NCBI RefSeq assembly: GCF_008065095.1
Contig: NZ_CP042911.1
Span: 8,220,001-8,252,000 of the forward strand
DNA from: Gemmata obscuriglobus
GTDB taxonomy: Bacteria; Planctomycetota; Planctomycetia; Gemmatales; Gemmataceae
Reading direction: 5' to 3'
DNA: 32,000 nucleotides
Part shown: piece by piece, positions 1 to 8,827 of the stretch
How positions within the stretch are numbered: position 1 is the first letter of the stretch
Layout: each line of letters starts with the position of its first letter
Notes under the pieces: generated by a model
What the model was told of the DNA's origin: nothing
Databases searched by the model: none
The model's input: the letters and a program-made list of their open reading frames with translations, nothing else
Program-made: the position numbers and the translations under genes

Positions 1-2
1 CC

Positions 3-1151
3 AAGCAGCACGGGAAGGCGCCCGGCGCCGCCGGGAAGTCGACCGAGCGCAAAACGGGTGCGCTGTTCAAGTCCCCGTTCGCGTTCAAGAAGTACGGCCA
101 GTCGGGGATCGAGGTCAGCGAGCTGTTCCCCGAGATCGGGGCGTGCATCGACGACATCTGCGTGATCCGGTCGATGCACACCAACATCCCGAACCACGAG
201 CCCGGCCTGCTCCTGATGACCTGCGGGAACACGCAGCCCATCCGCCCGAGCATGGGCTCCTGGCTCACCTACGGGCTCGGCACCGAGAACCAGAACCTGC
301 CCGGGTTCGTCGTCCTGTGCCCCGGCAAGCCGGTGGTCGGGCCGGCGCTGTGGAACAACAGCTTCCTGCCCGGCGTGTTCCAGGGCTGCCACATCTCGTC
401 CCTCGACCCGAAGCGGGTGATCGACCACATCCGCAACACCAGCGTGAGCGCGGGCACCCAGCGGGAGCAGCTCGACCTGCTGAACCGGCTCAACGGGCTG
501 CACAAGGACGCGCGGGGCGGCGACGACCAACTCGACGCCCGCATCCAGTCCCTCGAGATCGCGTACCGGATGCAGACGGAGGCGCAGGAGGCGTTCGACG
601 TGTCGCGCGAGCCCGTGAAGGTGCGCGAGGCTTACGGGAAGGGGTACTTCGCGGACGCGTGCCTCACCGCCCGGCGCCTCGTGGAGCGCGGGGTGCGGAT
701 GGTGCAGGTGTTCTACGGGTCCGGCCAGCCGTGGGACGACCACGGGGACATCGAGAAGGGGCACCGCACCAAGGCGAAGGACTCCGACAAGGCGGTGGCC
801 GCGCTGCTCCGCGACCTGAAGCAGCAGGGGCTGCTCGACGAGACGCTGGTGCTGTGGGGCGGCGAGTTCGGCCGCACCCCGACGAGCGAGGGCGCGGACG
901 GCCGCGACCACAACAACCACGGCTTCACGGTGTGGCTGGCCGGCGGCGGGGTGAAGGGCGGGATGACCTACGGCGCGACCGACGAGTTCGGGTTCGCGGC
1001 CGTGGACAAGAAGGTTCACGTCCACGACCTGCACGCCACCATCCTGCACCTGATGGGCATCGACCACGAGAAGCTGACGTATCGCTACAGCGGGCGCGAC
1101 TTCCGGCTCACCGACGTCCACGGCGTGGTGGTCAAGGACATCATGAAGTGA
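3..1151 (+). CDS. DUF1501 domain-containing protein (sulfatase-fold family common in Planctomycetes), 5-prime partial
   Basis: The frame-3 ORF is open from the window edge to TGA 1149-1151. The translation (..CIDDICVIRSMHTNIPNHEPGLLLMTCG..LWGGEFGRTP..DHNNHGF..) reads like DUF1501 proteins as I know them. Third-position G+C is strongly elevated. Confidence 0.85.
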   Translation, partial: KQHGKAPGAAGKSTERKTGALFKSPFAFKKYGQSGIEVSELFPEIGACIDDICVIRSMHTNIPNHEPGLLLMTCGNTQPIRPSMGSWLTYGLGTENQNLPGFVVLCPGKPVVGPALWNNSFLPGVFQGCHISSLDPKRVIDHIRNTSVSAGTQREQLDLLNRLNGLHKDARGGDDQLDARIQSLEIAYRMQTEAQEAFDVSREPVKVREAYGKGYFADACLTARRLVERGVRMVQVFYGSGQPWDDHGDIEKGHRTKAKDSDKAVAALLRDLKQQGLLDETLVLWGGEFGRTPTSEGADGRDHNNHGFTVWLAGGGVKGGMTYGATDEFGFAAVDKKVHVHDLHATILHLMGIDHEKLTYRYSGRDFRLTDVHGVVVKDIMK

Positions 1152-1272
1152 TCGCGACCGGTTGAGTCCGCCGGTTGTTTGTTCTTGGTATCGGAGCGTG
1201 CCCCGCGTACGCTGCGGGGTATCACAGCCCGCCCGCGGAGGCGGGAGCCCAACGACACCAGGGACGATTCGG

Positions 1273-2123
1273 ATGCCCCGTTCGCTCATCGCCCTCGTTC
1301 TTTGCGCCGGTTTCGGCCCGTCTGCCGAGCCCCCTTTAAAAGCCCCTTCCCCGGAACAACTCACCCGGCAACTCGGAGCCCCGGAGTTCGCGACCCGCGA
1401 ACAGGCGTCCGAGTCGCTGCGCGTGTTGGGGGCCGCCGCGCTGCCCGCGGTGCAACGCGCCACCACCAGCGACGACCCCGAGATCCGCCGCCGCGCGCTC
1501 GCACTGCTCCCGGCGATCCAGGCCCGGATCGCGTTCACCCCCCGCCGGGTCGCTATCGATCCGAGGCCGATCACGCTCGCCGCAGCCCTTCACTCACTTC
1601 GCCAGCAAACCGGCTACGTCGTGACGGCGGACCCACCGGCCGGGAAGGAGCTTTACACGTTCGGAGTGCCGGACGGGACCTTTTGGGAGGCCGTGGATCG
1701 CATCGCCGAGCGCACCAACCGGTCCATCGTCACAACACGCGAAAATATCCGGCTGGTTCCCGGAACCGCACGTTCACCGTTCACCGTTCGGGACGGCGCG
1801 TTTCGGGTGACACTGGAAAACATTCACGAGGACCGCAACATCGATTTCAGTCAGGGGACGCCGGGCCGACACGATCACAAGTTGACGCTTCACTTGTCGG
1901 TACTTGCCGAGCCTCGATTCGCCATTCTGGGCGGCGGGCCGGCTCAGTTCGCCGAGGTCGTGGATGACCGGGGCGGAAAGCTCCGGGAGGCACCAGACGA
2001 AGGGCGGACGCTCTACTTTGGTTGGGATATCACTGGCACGGAGTACGAGGCGTCCGTGCATGGACTTTTGCGGCGCTCGCCGAAGCAGGGTACGCGACTC
2101 GCAACCGTTTCGGGGGTCATACC
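1273..2123 (+). pseudogene. 5-prime fragment of a secreted hypothetical protein (HEAT-like N-terminus) interrupted by an IS
   Basis: ATG 1273 gives a signal-peptide-like start, MPRSLIALVLCAGFG. The frame runs into IS sequence at 2124 and stops at 2175 inside the element. It resumes in phase at 3730 once the IS and one duplication copy are removed (..VSGVIP|LRAVVERR..). Confidence 0.8.
2113..2123. repeat. Left copy of the 11-bp target-site duplication GGGGTCATACC
   Basis: The identical 11-mer recurs at 3719-3729, immediately outside the two inverted-repeat ends. Confidence 0.85.
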
Positions 2124-3718
2124 AGTGCTATGCACATCTTGGATTTGTATAACTGATTGCGGATTGCTGATTTAGGGTTTTCACTGCGACGAAATTGGGG
2201 TTAACCGAGTGGTCGTGGGACGCGGGGTGGTGCGGGGTCCGCGACCCGGGACATGGAGGTCACCGTGATTCTGCCACCTCATCAGCGCGTCCCACGCTCC
2301 CAACCGCACGCGCCCACGGACTTCGCGCGCCAGGTCCTGGAGGGCCTGCCACTGGCCCACGCGTCGCTCGCACTCTTCGCCTATGGCGTTCCCGACCCGG
2401 TCCTCGCGGACCTCTACGAGCGACATCGGGGACGCGGCTATGAGGACGTCGTGACCTTCGCCCAACTGGTCACCTGGATCTTCGATGCGCTCATCGAACA
2501 CCAGGGCTCGGGGCGGCAGGCCCACCTGCGACGCCACCGGCAACCCGACGACGGGTGCCACGAAGCGTTCTACGGCAAGCTCCGGCGCATCCCCCGGGGC
2601 CTGAGCGAAGCGTTCCTGCGGGACGTCACCGACCGGTTCACCGCCCTGTTCCCCGAGGTCGTCGCGCACCGCCTTCCGACCTCCTTCGACCGCCTGGAGG
2701 TTCTGATCCTCGACGGCAAGAGTCTCAAGAAGGTGGCCAAGCGACTCGTCGACACGCGGGGCACACCGGGCAAGCTCTTGGGCGGAAAACTGCTCGTGGC
2801 GTACCGGCCCCGTGACGGGTTGGTGCTCGACATGGCGGCCGATCTCGATGGCGAAACCAACGAGGCCAAACTGATCCCCGATTTGATGCCCCGAGTGCAC
2901 GCCCGAGGCGGTCCGGCGAAACTGGTGGTCGGGGATCGGTTGTTCTGTGCGTCGAAGCACTTCGCCGAGTTCACCAAGGACAATGGTCATTTCGTGGTGC
3001 GGTACGCGCGGACCCTGTCGTTCGAACCCGACCCGAAGCGCCCCGCGGTCACGACCGCGGACCCATCCCAACGAGCCGTGGTCGAAGAATGGGGGTGGGC
3101 CGGGAAGCCCAAGGACAAGCTCCGCCGGTACGTCCGGCGGATCACCGTCGCGCGCCCGGTGGGCGAAGCGATTACAATCCTCACGGACCTGCTCGATTCG
3201 GCCCCATACCCGGCGACCGATCTGTTGGACCTGTACCGCATCCGGTGGACCATCGAAGGCACGTTCCAAAAGGTGACGGCGATCTTCGCCCTGGGTCGGT
3301 TCATCGGTTCGACACCGGAGGCGACCGTGTTTCAGGCGTCGATGTGTTTCGTCCTCGCGAACGTGGTGCAGGTCCTCCAGGGCTATGTGGTTGCGAAGCG
3401 GAAGGTGACCATCGACGACCTCTCGACGGCGCAGTTCTGCACGGACTGGCATCGTCAGTTGGCCGCGCTCAAGGAGTTGGTCGAGGTGTCGATGATCGTG
3501 TCCCTGATCCCGACGGATCAGACGGCAGAGAGTGTGGGAACGTTGTTGGATCAGTTATTGGGCACGATGTGGAAGCCGGGCTGGGACAAGACACGCAACA
3601 AGGCGCCCCGTGCCCACCCGCACGCCGCGAAACAGAAGGGGGCACACACCTCCGTCCAACGGCGTCGACAAGCCCACAAGCCCAACGAGGATCCCTGAAC
3701 TCAGTTGTGCACAGCACT
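2124..3718 (+). mobile_element. IS4-like (DDE_Tnp_1 type) insertion sequence, 1595 bp, apparently intact
   Basis: The terminal inverted repeats are AGTGCTATGCACA (2124-2136) and TGTGCACAGCACT (3706-3718), matching 12 of 13 positions. An 11-bp direct repeat flanks them. There is a single transposase ORF, and the left end is visibly AT-richer than its surroundings. Confidence 0.85.
2253..3698 (+). CDS. DDE transposase, IS4/IS5-superfamily type
   Basis: The 481-aa ORF has candidate catalytic motifs ILDGKSL, VVGDRLF and YRIRWTIEGTFQKV (the Y-x2-R-x3-E signature). It fills almost the whole element. Confidence 0.85.
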   Translation: MEVTVILPPHQRVPRSQPHAPTDFARQVLEGLPLAHASLALFAYGVPDPVLADLYERHRGRGYEDVVTFAQLVTWIFDALIEHQGSGRQAHLRRHRQPDDGCHEAFYGKLRRIPRGLSEAFLRDVTDRFTALFPEVVAHRLPTSFDRLEVLILDGKSLKKVAKRLVDTRGTPGKLLGGKLLVAYRPRDGLVLDMAADLDGETNEAKLIPDLMPRVHARGGPAKLVVGDRLFCASKHFAEFTKDNGHFVVRYARTLSFEPDPKRPAVTTADPSQRAVVEEWGWAGKPKDKLRRYVRRITVARPVGEAITILTDLLDSAPYPATDLLDLYRIRWTIEGTFQKVTAIFALGRFIGSTPEATVFQASMCFVLANVVQVLQGYVVAKRKVTIDDLSTAQFCTDWHRQLAALKELVEVSMIVSLIPTDQTAESVGTLLDQLLGTMWKPGWDKTRNKAPRAHPHAAKQKGAHTSVQRRRQAHKPNEDP

Positions 3719-4126
3719 GGGGTCATACCGCTTCGGGCGGTCGTGGAGCGGCGGCGGGTGGAGGTCGTTCCAACGGGCGCTAAGGGGCAAAAGTTCCGCG
3801 TCGGCGACGACGTGCTGGCAATTCAACAGGCCAAGTTCAGCCTCACCGGAGATACGACCATCAACCTTCAGGTGCCCCCCCTCGAGATCAGGGAAACGGA
3901 TTGGCGGTCTTGGTACCAGCGAGTGACCGTCGAGGACATCTGGGGTAACCGGTTGCCCCGGACGGGAAGCGGATCTGAACGATCCGGAGACGATTGTTAC
4001 ATCTCCGGGTGGTTCGGGCGCCCGTCAGGCTGGTTCAACGCACCCGCCCGGCGCGTCATCGTCGAAGACTGGGTTGTTCTGGAGTACAAGGTGCGGTTCA
4101 CGTTCAAGGACGTTCCGCTTCCTTGA
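3719..4126 (+). pseudogene. 3-prime fragment of the IS-interrupted gene (3719-3729 is the right target-duplication copy)
   Basis: Codons GGG GTC ATA CCG at 3719 repeat the G-V-I-P read at 2113. The frame continues ..LRAVVERRRVEVVPTGAKGQKF..VLEYKVRFTFKDVPLP to TGA 4124-4126. Confidence 0.8.
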
Positions 4127-4130
4127 TGCC

Positions 4131-4158
4131 GCGCCCGCTTCCGGACCCGGGCGGGCGC
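4131..4158. terminator. Candidate bidirectional stem-loop between convergent genes
   Basis: GCGCCCGC (4131-4138) pairs with GCGGGCGC (4151-4158) around a 12-nt loop. It lies between two convergent stop codons. There is no U-tract. Confidence 0.3.
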
Positions 4159-4165
4159 CGCCCGC

Positions 4166-6181
4166 TCACACGACCGGGATCGTTGGAACCAGCGAGTCGG
4201 CGTTCCCGGCGAGTTGCGCGAGTGCCGTGCAGCCGCCGCACCCGCACTTGTTCGGCATCGGGGCGGTCGTAACGGTGTACACCTCGTCACCAGGCAGGGC
4301 CGCCGGGTCGGCCGCCGGCGCCGGGACCTTGCTCGACGCGACTTGGACCCCGGCGTACAGCCCGTCGTAGGTGATCGGCGTGCCGAACGGGGCCGTGGAC
4401 GGCGCGTTCCCGCCCCCGGCGGTCGCCTGCTCGAAGCTGAACGACCGGGCGTAAGAGCTCTCGCGGTTCGCGCTCGCCGCGATCAGTTCGGCGCGGCCGT
4501 CCCCGTTCGTGTCGCGGAGCGACAGCCGCGCCCCGCTCGGGTCGTTCGGGGCGAAGGCGTAGAAGCTCGCCAGCAGCGGCAGCGAACTCGCCTGGGTGCC
4601 CGCGTTGGCCGTCAGCGTCGCTCCGGACCACACTTTGATGTGCGCCGGGCCGCGGTCCGGGGTGATCGCCAGTTCCGCGTACCCGTCGCCGTCCATGTCC
4701 CCGACCGCCGCGTTGAGCCCGGACCACAGCCCGGAGAACGCGATGAAGTCCGGCGTCAGCCGGGTCGCCACCCCGTTCCGCAGGTCCGCCCCGCTGTACA
4801 CCGCCACCCGCCCTTCCGCTTGGCCCCCCGTCGTCACCACCAGATCCGCGAACCCGTCGCGGTTGATGTCGCCCGCGGCGACCCGCGCCCCGCCCCGGAA
4901 CGCCGGGTTGTCGAACGCGAAGAAGCTCGATTGGACCTGCAGCGTTCCGCCGGCCACGCGGAACGTTTGGATGTGCGGGCCGGCCCCGGCGTCGGCCGAC
5001 ACCGCCAGCTCCGCCTTGCCGTCGTGGTCAATGTCCGCCGCCGCCAGGAACAGCCCGCCCATGAACCCCTGGAAGATGACCGTCTGCCCCACCATGATCG
5101 AGCCGTCGCGCCCGTCCATGATCTGAACGACGGCCTGCGGCCCGGCCCCGGTGGTGAACGCGTAGTCGGTGACCCCGTCGCCGTTGAAGTCGCCGCTCGC
5201 GACCCGCAGCGCCCCGCGGTAGCCCGCGAACGGCGTGAGCCGGCGCCCGGTGTCGCTCAGGGTGTCGCCCGAGACGATGAACAGCGACACGGTGCCGTCG
5301 GTGTTGCCGGTGAACGCGACCGGGTGCTGCCCCTCGACCGGAGGGGCGAACGGTGCCGGCGCCGGGCTCGCGGGCGCGGCGGTGCCCCACCCGAGGTCGC
5401 GGAGAGCAGCCGAGTCCAGGGCCGACCAGAGGATGCGGGAGCCGATCGTGGTGCTCGGGTCCAGGCTGGCCGGCTGGCCCCCGACGATCACGCCGTCGGC
5501 CCAGTGCGCGCCGGCGCCGTCGACCGGTACCGGCCCGCCGTACACCGCCGTCGCGTTGGCCCCGGTGAACGCGCCGTTGCGGACCAGGCTCGTCCACTGG
5601 GGGGCGGTGCCGATTCCGAGGATGTGACCCAGTTCGTGGATCGCAACGGAGTAGAAGTCCAGTTCGGTCCGGTCCAGGCCGTCGGTGGTCAGCCCGAAGT
5701 GCCAGTTCTGCGTGGTGTCGATCGTGACGCTGCCGCCCCACGGCGCGAACCCGGAGTGCCCGCGGGTCTGCACGGAGCTGATCCACGCCTGGGTGCCAGA
5801 GATACTGCTCCCGCCGTACCCGCCGTACCCCGCCGTCGTCCCGGGCAGGTCACGCGACCCGGCGAAGATGACGAGCGTGTTGGCGCCGACGGACAGGTTC
5901 GGGACGGTCAGCCGGCCGCCGGTCGCGGGGTCGGTGAAGGACGCGGTCCAGGTGCCCCCGGCGCCCGGGGAGATGGCTGCCAGGTTGGCGCTGAGCAAAC
6001 CGCCCAGGTCGCTGGCCGCCCGCTCCAGCGTGGCCCGGGCTTCCGGGTTGTTGAACAGCCCGCCGGCGTCGCGCGAGTAGTCGATCTGGAAGACGATCGC
6101 GGGCACGTCACGCGTTTCGAGCTGTTCGAGCCGGAGGGCGGTGGCGGTCGTGCTTCCGGTCGGCCCGGTCCGAATGAACAT
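4166..6181 (-). CDS. Secreted zinc-metalloprotease-like protein (HExxH) with C-terminal FG-GAP/VCBS repeats
   Basis: The start is taken at MFIRTGP (ATG complement 6179-6181). It contains the HELGHILG motif and repeated G-D-x-N/D-x-D-G-x-x-D/E units (DFNGDGVTDY, DIDHDGKAEL, DINRDGFADL, DMDGDGYAEL, DTNGDGRAEL). The longer upstream extension of the ORF is Arg-rich and unlikely to be coding. Confidence 0.8.
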   Translation of the reverse strand: MFIRTGPTGSTTATALRLEQLETRDVPAIVFQIDYSRDAGGLFNNPEARATLERAASDLGGLLSANLAAISPGAGGTWTASFTDPATGGRLTVPNLSVGANTLVIFAGSRDLPGTTAGYGGYGGSSISGTQAWISSVQTRGHSGFAPWGGSVTIDTTQNWHFGLTTDGLDRTELDFYSVAIHELGHILGIGTAPQWTSLVRNGAFTGANATAVYGGPVPVDGAGAHWADGVIVGGQPASLDPSTTIGSRILWSALDSAALRDLGWGTAAPASPAPAPFAPPVEGQHPVAFTGNTDGTVSLFIVSGDTLSDTGRRLTPFAGYRGALRVASGDFNGDGVTDYAFTTGAGPQAVVQIMDGRDGSIMVGQTVIFQGFMGGLFLAAADIDHDGKAELAVSADAGAGPHIQTFRVAGGTLQVQSSFFAFDNPAFRGGARVAAGDINRDGFADLVVTTGGQAEGRVAVYSGADLRNGVATRLTPDFIAFSGLWSGLNAAVGDMDGDGYAELAITPDRGPAHIKVWSGATLTANAGTQASSLPLLASFYAFAPNDPSGARLSLRDTNGDGRAELIAASANRESSYARSFSFEQATAGGGNAPSTAPFGTPITYDGLYAGVQVASSKVPAPAADPAALPGDEVYTVTTAPMPNKCGCGGCTALAQLAGNADSLVPTIPVV

Positions 6182-6871
6182 GCGGGTGCCTCGGTCCGTG
6201 GCGGGGCACGGGACGGCGGTGCGGGGGCGCGTGCGCGCCCGCACCGGTCCGACCGGCTGTCACGGGTGGTCTGTGAGTGTCGGGTAATCGTGCGCCCGTG
6301 CGACACGCGTCGGGCGGAACCGTCCGGGCGCCGAGTGCGAGTCGGCGCGGCGGACCGGTTCGGGAGTGGACCTCGCTGTATCGTGTCCCGGCCTCGCGGC
6401 GGGCACGTGGCGCTCGGTCGGTGCCCTCGCGGGCACCCGCTCGTCGACGGCCGGGCGGGGCCGGTCCGGATCGGGTCGAGCGTCTTAGTTACCACTTCCT
6501 AGGACACCGTTGCGCGGCGGGTCAAACGGCTGGTTTGCTGCGATTTACAGGTTTTTGCCCGTTATGCTGGGCGCATCAAAAGGTCGGGGCCGAACGCACC
6601 CCGTTTTCAGTTCGCAGCACGGAGCCTGTAAAGCGGCGGGAACGCGTTGCCCCTCCGCTGCGCGGCGTTACGCGCGCTTCCGGATCTGTACACGGGAAGC
6701 AACTGTCGAACAACCTGACAGGTAACAGCCCGGTCTAACGCCGTAAAGTCGTTCCGCGAAAGCGGAAAGCGAAATGGCGACCGCGGACGGGTGCGACGCA
6801 GAAACAAGACAAGGTGTGGCGATGTGGTTCTTATGCGCGTTTATTTAGATTTTTCTGCGGCCGCGGTGCTT

Positions 6872-8113
6872 TTACGCGTCGTACAGCCACAGCGTTACCG
6901 GTTCGTCCGGAAATAACGCCGCGCGCTCGGGCGGCACCAAGATGAACCCGTCCGCTCGGACCGACGCGCTCAGACTGGCCGCGCCGCCGGTGACCGGCGC
7001 GACACCGCCTCCCGCGCGCGCCACGCGAACGAAGTCGGTGCGGCCGGGCGCGGACTGAACCTGCTCCATCAGTCTGACTTCTTCGCTTTTGTAAGGCAAA
7101 CCCCGCGGGCGCCCGCCGAGCTGTCGAATCGCACGCCCCGCAAACAGGTCGTACGCGCACAAGCACGATGCCGGGTTACCGGGCAGCAGGAACACGGCGG
7201 CGCGCGCGACGAACCCGATCCCGGTCGGCCCGGCGGGGCGCAACGCGACGCCGTGAACCGCCAACTCGCCGAGTTCCGCCACCGCTCGCGGTACGTGGTC
7301 TTCGACCCCGACCGATGTGCCGCCCGTGATCAGAACCACGTCCGCCTCTGCCGCGGCGGCGCGCACGGCGTCGCACGTGATGCCGAAGTCGTCGGGGACG
7401 TAGCGCACCGGCTGCACACTCGCCCCGTCACGAACCACGAGTGCCGCGAGCATCGGCGAATTGCTGTCTGCGGTCTTGAACCCGTCGGGGAGCGACCCGG
7501 GCGGGAGCAGTTCGTTCCCGGTCACCAGTACCGCGACCCGCGGCCGGCGGCGCACGGGCAGTACGTTCACCCCCAGGGCGGCAGCCAGGGCGACATCTTG
7601 GGGGCGCAAAACGCGACCGGCGGGGAGCACCTCATGGTCTCGCGCTACGTCCTCGCCGATCGCAACAACGTTCTTCCCGGCGGCGAGCGGTGAGCGGGCG
7701 ATCACCCGTCCGTCCGGTTGCAGTTGCGCGAACTCGGCCATCAGGACGGCGTCGGCCCCGTCGGGTACAGGGGCGCCGGTCGTGATCCGCACCGCCTCAC
7801 CTGGCCCAATTGTTCCCGTGAACGGGCGGGCCGGGAACGCTTCGCCGGTCACCACCAAGGGGGCTGGCGCCTGCGTGTCGGCGGCACGAACGGCGAAGCC
7901 GTCCATTGCGGACTTGCGAAACGACGGAACATTGACAGGAGAAACAACAGGCTCGGCGAGCACCCGGCCCATCGTTTCGAGCAGCGGGACCGGTTCCGGC
8001 GACAGCGGCCGGAGGCGTGAATCGAGGAGTTCGAGAACGGCTCCCACGCTCGGGCGCTCGCGGAACCCCTTCATTCGCACGTCGTAGAAGGGCACTTTGT
8101 CTGTTTCGCTCAT
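6872..8113 (-). CDS. moeA: Molybdopterin molybdenumtransferase MoeA
   Basis: The translation from MSETDKVPFYDV has the MoeA layout (..SAMDGFAV..ITTGAPVP..VLVTGNEL..SNSPML..ITGGTSVG..LPGNPAS..). The start is chosen at ATG complement 8111-8113, downstream of an Arg/His-rich ORF extension. Confidence 0.85.
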   Translation of the reverse strand: MSETDKVPFYDVRMKGFRERPSVGAVLELLDSRLRPLSPEPVPLLETMGRVLAEPVVSPVNVPSFRKSAMDGFAVRAADTQAPAPLVVTGEAFPARPFTGTIGPGEAVRITTGAPVPDGADAVLMAEFAQLQPDGRVIARSPLAAGKNVVAIGEDVARDHEVLPAGRVLRPQDVALAAALGVNVLPVRRRPRVAVLVTGNELLPPGSLPDGFKTADSNSPMLAALVVRDGASVQPVRYVPDDFGITCDAVRAAAAEADVVLITGGTSVGVEDHVPRAVAELGELAVHGVALRPAGPTGIGFVARAAVFLLPGNPASCLCAYDLFAGRAIRQLGGRPRGLPYKSEEVRLMEQVQSAPGRTDFVRVARAGGGVAPVTGGAASLSASVRADGFILVPPERAALFPDEPVTLWLYDA

Positions 8114-8355
8114 CAAAAGTCGGCTCCGGTGCCGGTGCGACCGGTGTAACCGATCGTGTCCCCCGCGATTCGCAAACGTGCCTGTTCGGTACAACCCGCA
8201 GAATCATTCGTCTGGGAACGGATTCTCAGGAGTTTCGCTCAAGTCGCAAGTTGAGAGGTCGCAAGTCGGCCCTACATTTGGATGTCATTGGTACCGGTCG
8301 TGCCCGGTGCGCGGCCACCCGAGATTGAAATCCGGACTAACCGAACTGCCGCGCC

Positions 8356-8565
8356 ATGGACGACGCCAACACCACAGATGGAGCGACTCCCGTGACAACC
8401 CGCCGCTTTCTCCTGTCCGTACTCGCGTTCTCGCTCCTCCTGCCCTTGTCGGGGTGCGGGTGCCGCCGGAACTGCAATTCGTCCTCCGGCAGTTTCGCCC
8501 CGCCGCCGTGCTGCCCGGACCGCGGCACGTTGCCCGCTGGGTTCGTCCCGAGCGCCGCGCCGTAA
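8356..8565 (+). CDS. Small Cys-rich putative lipoprotein with a Tat-like signal
   Basis: The 69-aa ORF has high third-position G+C. TRRFLLSVLAF resembles a twin-arginine motif and LPLSGC is a lipobox. The predicted mature part, CGCRRNCNSSSGSFAPPPCCPDRG.., carries five Cys. No clear Shine-Dalgarno sequence is present. Confidence 0.5.
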   Translation: MDDANTTDGATPVTTRRFLLSVLAFSLLLPLSGCGCRRNCNSSSGSFAPPPCCPDRGTLPAGFVPSAAP

Positions 8566-8827
8566 CCGCAAACCCCTTGAGCAGAACCTGCGAACCCGCG
8601 CACGTCGCACAAACGGCAGCGGGCGCAGGGCGGCGAGCCCGCACGACCGTCACGAACGGACCCGTTTCGCCAACCGGGTTGGTTTTCCCCGTCGCGCCAG
8701 CACTCTCGAATTCTCCTAAACTCCGGCTGAATTCGTTCCGCCGAAGTTGCTCGACTCCGCCCCCCGCGCATGATTCATGCGTCGGCAGCGGGACGCCGCG
8801 ATTTGCCGCGTAAAGGAGTCCACCACA

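Noticed and set aside
4214-6502. A 762-aa plus-strand ORF antisense to the metalloprotease/FG-GAP gene.
   Set aside because: It has the same shadow-ORF composition (R, G, P, A, V). The minus strand carries coherent HExxH and FG-GAP motifs.
6277-6738. A 153-aa ORF, together with the 71-aa and 66-aa ORFs, inside the 627-bp spacer.
   Set aside because: The translations are Arg/Gly/Pro-rich or low-complexity, with no start context or motif. I treat the region as non-coding.
6858-6870. The CCGCGG / GCGGCCGC palindromes just after the moeA stop, considered as a terminator.
   Set aside because: The stem is only 4-6 bp with no loop and no U-tract, which is too weak to call.
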